Shown here piece by piece: positions 21,901 to 28,735 of a DNA stretch of 28,735 nt. A program made the translations under genes and the position numbers. The notes under the pieces are model-generated. The model saw only the letters and a program-made list of their open reading frames with translations. It ran no database searches and was not told where the DNA came from. Within the stretch, counting starts at the first letter, position 1; each line of letters begins with the position of its first letter. The DNA is taken from NCBI GenBank assembly GCA_024626585.2, contig JANKJI020000002.1, forward strand, positions 57,725,040-57,753,774, read 5' to 3'. Source of the stretch: Ginkgo biloba. Taxonomy: Eukaryota > Plantae > Ginkgophyta.

Positions 21901-22175
21901 AGACTCATGTATTTTTGACAATTTATTTTTTGTATTTGGAGAGGTAAGTCAAAAATTTGCCCAGTGACTAGGAATTGGTCCTAAACGGACTTCACTGTAG
22001 TTAGCATATCAATAAAAATATTATATTTTATTGTTGGTGGGGAGATTTTTAATGCCCTAGCCTATGTGTCTTACCCTCCTTAGCTTAGTGTGTTGGAAAG
22101 GGCCTTCTCTTTCTGTGTATCTTGCATCATTTGGCTTGTGTTTTTTGAATTTATACACTAGAATTTGATCACATC

Positions 22176-24720
22176 ATGTCTAAATTACTTGGTAATATCC
22201 CCAATGACTCTGAAAAACTCTCCACATCAAATTATTCACAATGGTGAATGTTGATGGAAGACATTTTAATCTTTCATAAATTGTGGACTATTAGAAATAA
22301 AGAAGAGAAAAGAACCCCTAATAATAAACGAGTCAAACAATCACATGTGCAAGATAAAATTCATTCTTATGAAGCATGGGGAAAACTGTCAGAGTTGTTG
22401 AATAAGAAATTGAATAAAAATAAGAGGGATCTATAATTAAAACTACTAAATGAGATAATTCTTGAAGGGGGGGTTAATTATAGCGAATTTTGACAACATC
22501 AACAAGAATTCAATACATTTTGTAAAAGATCATCAAGAGATTAAGGAGGAAGACAAAGAAAAATTATTCATGGTAGTAGATTCATAGGATTCATTGGATG
22601 AGATATGGATATTGGATACAAGATCCACTCAACATATGACATTTCAGAGGAAATTTCTTTGGAATTTTAGGAAGGAAGATTTGAGACTAATAAGTTTGGC
22701 AGATAATACCTCACATCCTTCAGTTGGAATTAGAGATGTGAAGATGCTTCTTCCAGATGGCAAGGCAAAGATCATCAAGAATATTTAGTATGATCCTACT
22801 TTTAAAAATAACTTTCTATCATTGACTCAAATAATTAATCAAGACATGCAGATAGTGATGGAGAATGGAAAATATTCCATCAATAATGCAAAGAAAGGGT
22901 ATATCACAGTTGCAATAGGTTATGTGGAGAAGAAATTGTTGAAATTCCAAGGAAAATCTATTGTTCAACAAAAGATAATGAAATAAAAATAGATGATGAA
23001 ATGAAGACAGATGATGAGATGAAGATAGATAAAAATTTAGATGAAAATCTTCTACGTCTAAATTTTTAGAACATAGTAGTGATAGGGAATTTTCTAAGAA
23101 CAATTTGCCTAAGTTTTCTAAGGAAAATTCATCTAATTCTAAATCAGTTTTGTAGAAAAGAAGACTTAGTGAAATTGATCTTGATGAAACTCAGAGTGTT
23201 CCAAAAATGGAAAAATGGGCTAAGAAAACTTTGAAATATGCTAATCTTGAGGAGTTATCTAGATCTGGAAGAAGAAGTTCTCGAAAGAATGAACAAGTAA
23301 ATTATGCTCTTATGGAAGAAGTTATGAATTCCTTAGAACCAAAAAGTTTTGAAGAAGCAGTAGATAAGAAAGAGTGGTAGGAGGATATGCAAGAAGAATA
23401 CATAGCCTTGATAAAAAATAACACTTGGAAGTTGGTTGATTTACCACCTGGAGTGAAACCCATTAGTTGAGATTGCATTTATAAAATAAAATATAAATTA
23501 GATGGATCAATAGACAAGTACACAACAAGATTTGTGGCAAAGTAATATGCTTGACAAGAAGGAATCGATAATACATAAACATTTTCACCCATAGAAAAAT
23601 GGAACATGATAAGGACCATCATGGAATTTGGATGGAAGGTACATCAAATGGATGTCAAAAGTTCCTTTTTGAATGGAGACTTGAATGAAGAAGTTTATGT
23701 TTACCAACCTCAGGGATTTGAAGTGAAAGGAAAAGAACACATGGTTTGCAGATTGGTCAAATCATTATATGGTTTAAAATAGGCTCCTCGAGCATGGTAT
23801 TCTAAGATAGATGAGTATCTTAGAAAATGTGATTTCAAGAAGAGTGCATCAGATGATAATCTCTATGTAACGAAAAGGAAGGATAGTATTGTGATTATTT
23901 TTCTCTATGTTGATGATTTGATCATCACTGGGAATGATGATAATTTGATTGAAAAAGTGAAGAGGGAGTTAATGAAAGGATTCAAGATGACAAATCTAGA
24001 TCTACTTCAATATTATCTTAGAATTGAGGTTTGGCATCTCAGGGATAAGATTTGCATATCCTAGTTAAAGTATGCTTCTGAGATCTTAAAGAGATTAAAG
24101 ATGGAAGATTACAAGGCATCAACAAGTCCTATGGAACATAGAAAAAAATTCTCATTAGCTGAGGATGGAGAAAAATTTGATGCAATATTATATAGGCAAC
24201 TTGTTGGAAGTTTGATTTATCTTATTACCACAAGACCTAAATTATCTTTTGTAATTAGCATTTTATCACTATACATGCATAGTCTAAGGTTAGATCATTG
24301 GAAAGAAACAAAAAGAGTGTTGATATATTTTCAAGGCATAATTCATTTTGGATTGGAATATGATAAGAATGATAACTTCAAACTTGGAGGGTTTTCAAAT
24401 GTAGATTGGGCTAGAACCCTAGACGACACGAAGTCAACTACATGATATGCTTTTCATATGGGCTCATGAGTTATTTCATGGTGTTGTAAGAAGAAGAGAA
24501 CTATTACTTTATCATCAACTGAAGTTAATTATATTGGAGTTGTAACTGCAGGACATAAGGTAGTTTGGTTGAGGAGGATCTTGAAAGATCTTGGTTTCTC
24601 ATATAATGGTCCAACACAATTGTTGATTGGAAATCAAAGTACAATCAAGTTAGCAAAGAATGCAGTGTTCCATTCAAAGACAAAACATGTTGAGATCCAT
24701 CATCATTACATCCGAAAGCT
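22176..24720 (+). mobile_element. Degenerate, internally deleted Ty1/copia retrotransposon (gag N-terminus, protease, RT, RNase H)
   Basis: gag start MSKLLGNIPNDSEKLSTSNYSQW*MLMEDILIFHKLWTI. Protease WILDTRSTQHMT. RT from 23336 (EPKSFEEAV...NNTWKLVDLPPG...HQMDVKSSFLNG...SLYGLK*APRAW...LYVDDL, with YVDD at 23906-23917). Then YRQLVGSLIYL, and RNase H FSNVDWA...FHSKTKHVEIHHHYIR. Many premature stops; runs into a gap; no LTR or PBS recognised. Confidence 0.95.
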
Positions 24721-26589
24721 NNNNNNNNNNNNNNNNNNNNNNNNNNNNNNNNNNNNNNNNNNNNNNNNNNNNNNNNNNNNNNNNNNNNNNNNNNNNNNNN
24801 NNNNNNNNNNNNNNNNNNNNTTTTCTCATTTACTTAAATGGAAATATTAGGTAAGGAGTTGTCAACTATCTCATAGGTATTGGTGACCATCAAAATTGAA
24901 TATATTTAGGGATTTCTTGAAAAGAATTTTTTCACTGGTAGTAAGAGTATAATGCTTATATGTACCCTACCATATCTAACACATTTTGAAATGATGATAA
25001 AGTATAGAAAAGTAACATAAGGAGATAAAATAGTAGTAGGTGAGGCAATTGGTTACAAACACTACACAACATATTATTAATATGATGGCAACTTCTTAAC
25101 ATTATATACATTTTTGTGTGCATCTTATTTTCTTAGATTCATTTATATTTGTTATAACGTAAATGTTCATTGTTATATAGTTTTGTTGAATAGTTTTTTT
25201 AAATAAGAGGGAATGAGGATTTATGTGGGAGGAGGAAAGGTTGATAGTGGTCAATTCTCTCATGCTTAAAATCATTTCATGAAGTTAAACCCCTTGCCAT
25301 TGCATAACATACCTTGATTTGCAATTTTTTTTACTATTCATGATCTCCAACTACCTTCAAGACAAGTATTCTTAAGAATGCATGGCACTTGCAACTCATT
25401 CACATTCAATTTCATAAACTTATGAAAGTGATTATATTCTTTGTATTAGATTTGCTTCCCACTAGTAAATAAATAAAATAAGTTGGAATGCCAAATTATA
25501 TTGCTCCAAATAACTTTCTCNNNNNNNNNNNNTTAGGAATAAATTAAAATAGCATTTACTAGATTCTAATCTATTTTACTCTCTCTAAATTTAAAAGGTC
25601 ATGCCTTAATTTAATCTAGAAAGATTCCTTTAAGCTTTGTATATTAACCACTTTGAAGTGGCCCTTAACATCACAACCTTGTCTACATGAGATGAACTAG
25701 GGCTATAAAATAATGCTCAAGAAGGCTCCTAAGTTTATTGCCAAGGTATTCCATGAGGTGAGTGGTCATTTGGCGGTATATGTTTTATCCTTTACATTTT
25801 GGATTTGTTGTTTAACACATATGTTGGTAGGATATGTTATTAGTCCATTGCCTATGGATATCATTCTTTAAGTTATGGGTTGGAGAGTAATAAGAAGTCT
25901 ATGACTACAATCCATTCCATTCACATTGTGATAAAGAGATTTTACTTATTTCTTAGAAGATAAAGCCGTACACTAATATGTTATCTAGAAATCCATCATT
26001 GTGTAATGTTTCTTAATAGAGAGAGTTATGTTATTTACTACTTAAATTGGGTCAAGTTTCCAACTATTTCCATGCCCTTCTAAAAATACATGAAAGCCCT
26101 TATTACACTTGTTGCCATCCAGAATTCCCACTTCATTCCCCCTAGGACGAAGTGGTAAAAATTGACTCCAACAACCTCTAAATGGTATAAGTGAGAANNN
26201 NNNNNNNNNNNNNNNNNNNNNNNNNNNNNNNNNNNNNNNNNNNNNNNNNNNNNNNNNNNNNNNNNNNNNNNNNNNNNNNNNNNNNNNNNNNNNNNNNTAA
26301 ATATTAACTATTAATATTAATTACTCTACTTTATTAATTATTAATTACTAAAATCTATTAAATATTAACTACTAATATTAAATATCATTTACCCCCTCCT
26401 CTAAAAAATAAAGAATAAAATAATTATTGTATGACTATGAATGAAAAAATTCAAGTCAGATATAATAATCTTCTGTAATATATATTGAGATATATTATCT
26501 ATATCTTATAAATAATGGCGAATTAACTTATAATGTATTTGCATATTTGTTAAGGTTCTTTAGGTGTTTCTTCATTCTTTTTTAACCAT

Positions 26590-26780
26590 GGACTATCTAA
26601 ACATGATTGTAGATGTACTAGGGTTCTAGAGGCATCTTTTCATTCTTCTTCTGCCATGATCTTTGCGTATGATTGTCCATCTAAATCCAGTTTTTAAGGA
26701 ATATCTTTGTTCTTCTTCTTCTATAGCCTTTACGTATGATCAACCATCTAAACAAGATTGTAGATCTACTAGGGTTTGTT
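26590..26780. repeat. Short diverged tandem repeats
   Basis: CTATCTAAACATGATTGTAGATGTACTAGGGTT (~26592) vs CCATCTAAACAAGATTGTAGATCTACTAGGGTT (~26744). TTT(G/A)CGTATGAT...CCATCTAAA also occurs twice. Confidence 0.6.
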
Positions 26781-27977
26781 GATTTCTCTATCTCTTATCT
26801 TCTCCAAGCTATATCACCTTTGTCTTCTCTAAACTATGTTCCCTCTATCATTTATTAGTATTTTTCCTTCCTCCTTTCCCCATACCTTCTCCAAATTGTT
26901 CCCTCTACCTTCTCTAGGCTATATCAAAGGTGTAAGGGACATACTATATCAATCGTATCTATTATATGGTCAAATCATATGAACATGTCCTTAATAATAT
27001 CATTGCAAAAGGAGAATTAGATTGATATGTCTATAATATGTTCATAATTCAAATGCAATGGTGATTTAAGAACTATTACTATTGATGTGCATTATGCTAC
27101 ACTTGCATGAACTATTGCACCTTCACAAAAACATTGCAATGCTTGCAAAAATAATGAAGAAAATAGTTTGAAAAAAATATGACTATTTATGACTATTTTT
27201 TGAAAGGGAATATGTCGATGAGGAGTGAACAAAGGTTGTCTAAAAATATCAAGATGAAAGACTCCTTCATATTCCTTCACCTTCACCTCAAGAGTTATTA
27301 GAGATATGCAAAAGTAATATCATGGATCACCTAGGCCACAATATAGTAATATATATAACACCATCTATTTTCATGATGCAGAAGGTTGGATAAATTATTT
27401 TTTGTGATAATTACATTACTTCNNNNNNNNNNNNNNNNNNNNNNNNNNNNNNNNNNNNNNNNNNNNNNNNNNNNNNNNNNNNNNNNNNNNNNNNNNNNNN
27501 NNNNNNNNNNNNNNNNNNNNNNATAATTGCCTATTGACAAGTGCCTTTTCTTATTGTCTGGATTCTATGCGTCTAAGGTGTAATAAGAAGTTTTGCCTTG
27601 GATATAACAACCCTCATAAAAAGACTTTCTCGTATGCTACTTGAACAAATTACTTTCTCCCCACCTAAGATCTAGATGAATTTTGAATTTTGTTATAATT
27701 TAATAATGGATTATTTAAAAATCATAATATCATCAAATTTTGAACCCGTTATGTTAAATAACACTTTTAAACTCATTACTTTCTTTCATACTATATGTCA
27801 AGAATATGATAAAATTCCTCATCTTAAAACATTAATCACATTCTATTGTCAAACTATATAGTAATTCTAAATATGTATACCATATAATAACATTAGATTC
27901 TTGTAGTAAAATATTTTCAAGTTTGTGTATTTAAAAAAAATCACTTTATAAGATAAAAATAAAGGTGCTATATACAA

Positions 27978-28018
27978 TATCTATCTATCTATCTATATGT
28001 ATATTTGTGTATGTATGT
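27978..28018. repeat. (ATCT)4 microsatellite followed by a degenerate (TATG) tract
   Basis: ATCTATCTATCTATCTATATGTATATTTGTGTATGTATGT read directly. Confidence 0.7.
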
Positions 28019-28735
28019 CAGTATAGGTAAAAAAAGGATAAAATATATATACACAAATAAATTAAATATTAATTTTGAAGNNNNNNNNNNNNNNNNNCTA
28101 ACACTAAATGATTGATTACATAAATAGAGGAAACACAATAGAAAGATTGGGGATATTTGTGTTATTAAAAAAAAAAATCTTTTAAAAAAATGTCACTCTA
28201 TCAAGAAATTTAAAATTTTAAAAGGGTTTGAAATTTTACCTACAAAATGAGGATTATTAGTTTTAAATATGAAGAATAAAATAAGCTAAAATCCACATAT
28301 TAGAGGGGATTTGCTGCAAAAAATTCAAGATATCAAGGTTTGGTTAGGAAATATGGAGGATCTATAAAGTTTTGGCAAAGAGTGTGATTAAAGAGATTTA
28401 AACAATATGAATGTACAATATAAAAAAAATTAAAGAGTAATGAAACAATATGTGAATATAATAATCTATCTACAAACAATAAGAATTTAGAAACATAAAA
28501 TTGCAAAGAAAAGATTATTTCTTGTTTAAGGAAGAACGTGGATTTTTGAACAAGAATAGTTTCAAAGGCCAAGCATTGAAGATATATGGATCCAATGCCA
28601 ATGATTCACTATGTAATGGTATGTGTACAAATCATTACTTATAGTTCTTATAATAACATCCTTGATTTTTTTAATCTGAATTACCCATAGTTCAAGCCTT
28701 AAGCCCACTTTCATGAATACCCTTTGCTATGAAAT

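Larger units (their letters stand above)
1410..28097. other. Assembly gaps (16 N-runs)
   Basis: 1410-1509, 5628-6624, 8082-8976, 10033-10132, 12045-12144, 13248-13268, 13483-14332, 16180-16201, 16907-16916, 18084-18279, 20899-20998, 24721-24820, 25521-25532, 26198-26297, 27423-27522, 28081-28097. The exactly-100-N runs are probably unknown-size placeholders. Confidence 0.97.

Noticed and set aside
26298-27330. Possible Helitron 5' end (ATCTATATCTTATAAA near 26497) with decayed ORF
   Set aside because: No Rep/helicase motif or 3' hairpin-CTRR was found, and the match is expected by chance in very AT-rich DNA.

Overview
Eukaryotic plant genomic DNA from a gappy draft assembly: 16 N-runs, AT-rich and CpG-depleted. 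The style suggests a large-genome seed plant such as a gymnosperm (inference). One host gene is present: a minus-strand filament-like plant protein (FPP/DUF869, FPP7-type) with exons at 4784-4952 and 1756-4496. About 865 codons of its core are open, but both ends look damaged. There are two in-frame TAG stops (2065-2067, 1849-1851), and the first coding exon starts M-D-R and then breaks off (5100-5126). A putative ~13.6 kb 5' intron holds a Ty3/gypsy RT remnant, a TSD-flanked LINE-like insertion and several degenerate repeats. It leads to a CpG-retaining island (~18740-20260) with a TATA/Y-patch core promoter candidate. The most unusual element is inside that island: a cryptic, highly diverged, non-coding ~41-42 bp repeat array whose unit spacings are almost all 3 or 4 helical turns (mean ~10.3 bp/turn). 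Elsewhere there is a gag zinc-knuckle remnant at the left edge, an internally deleted Ty1/copia remnant lacking integrase (22176-24720), and decayed AT-rich repeats. No RNA genes or CRISPR arrays were recognised.
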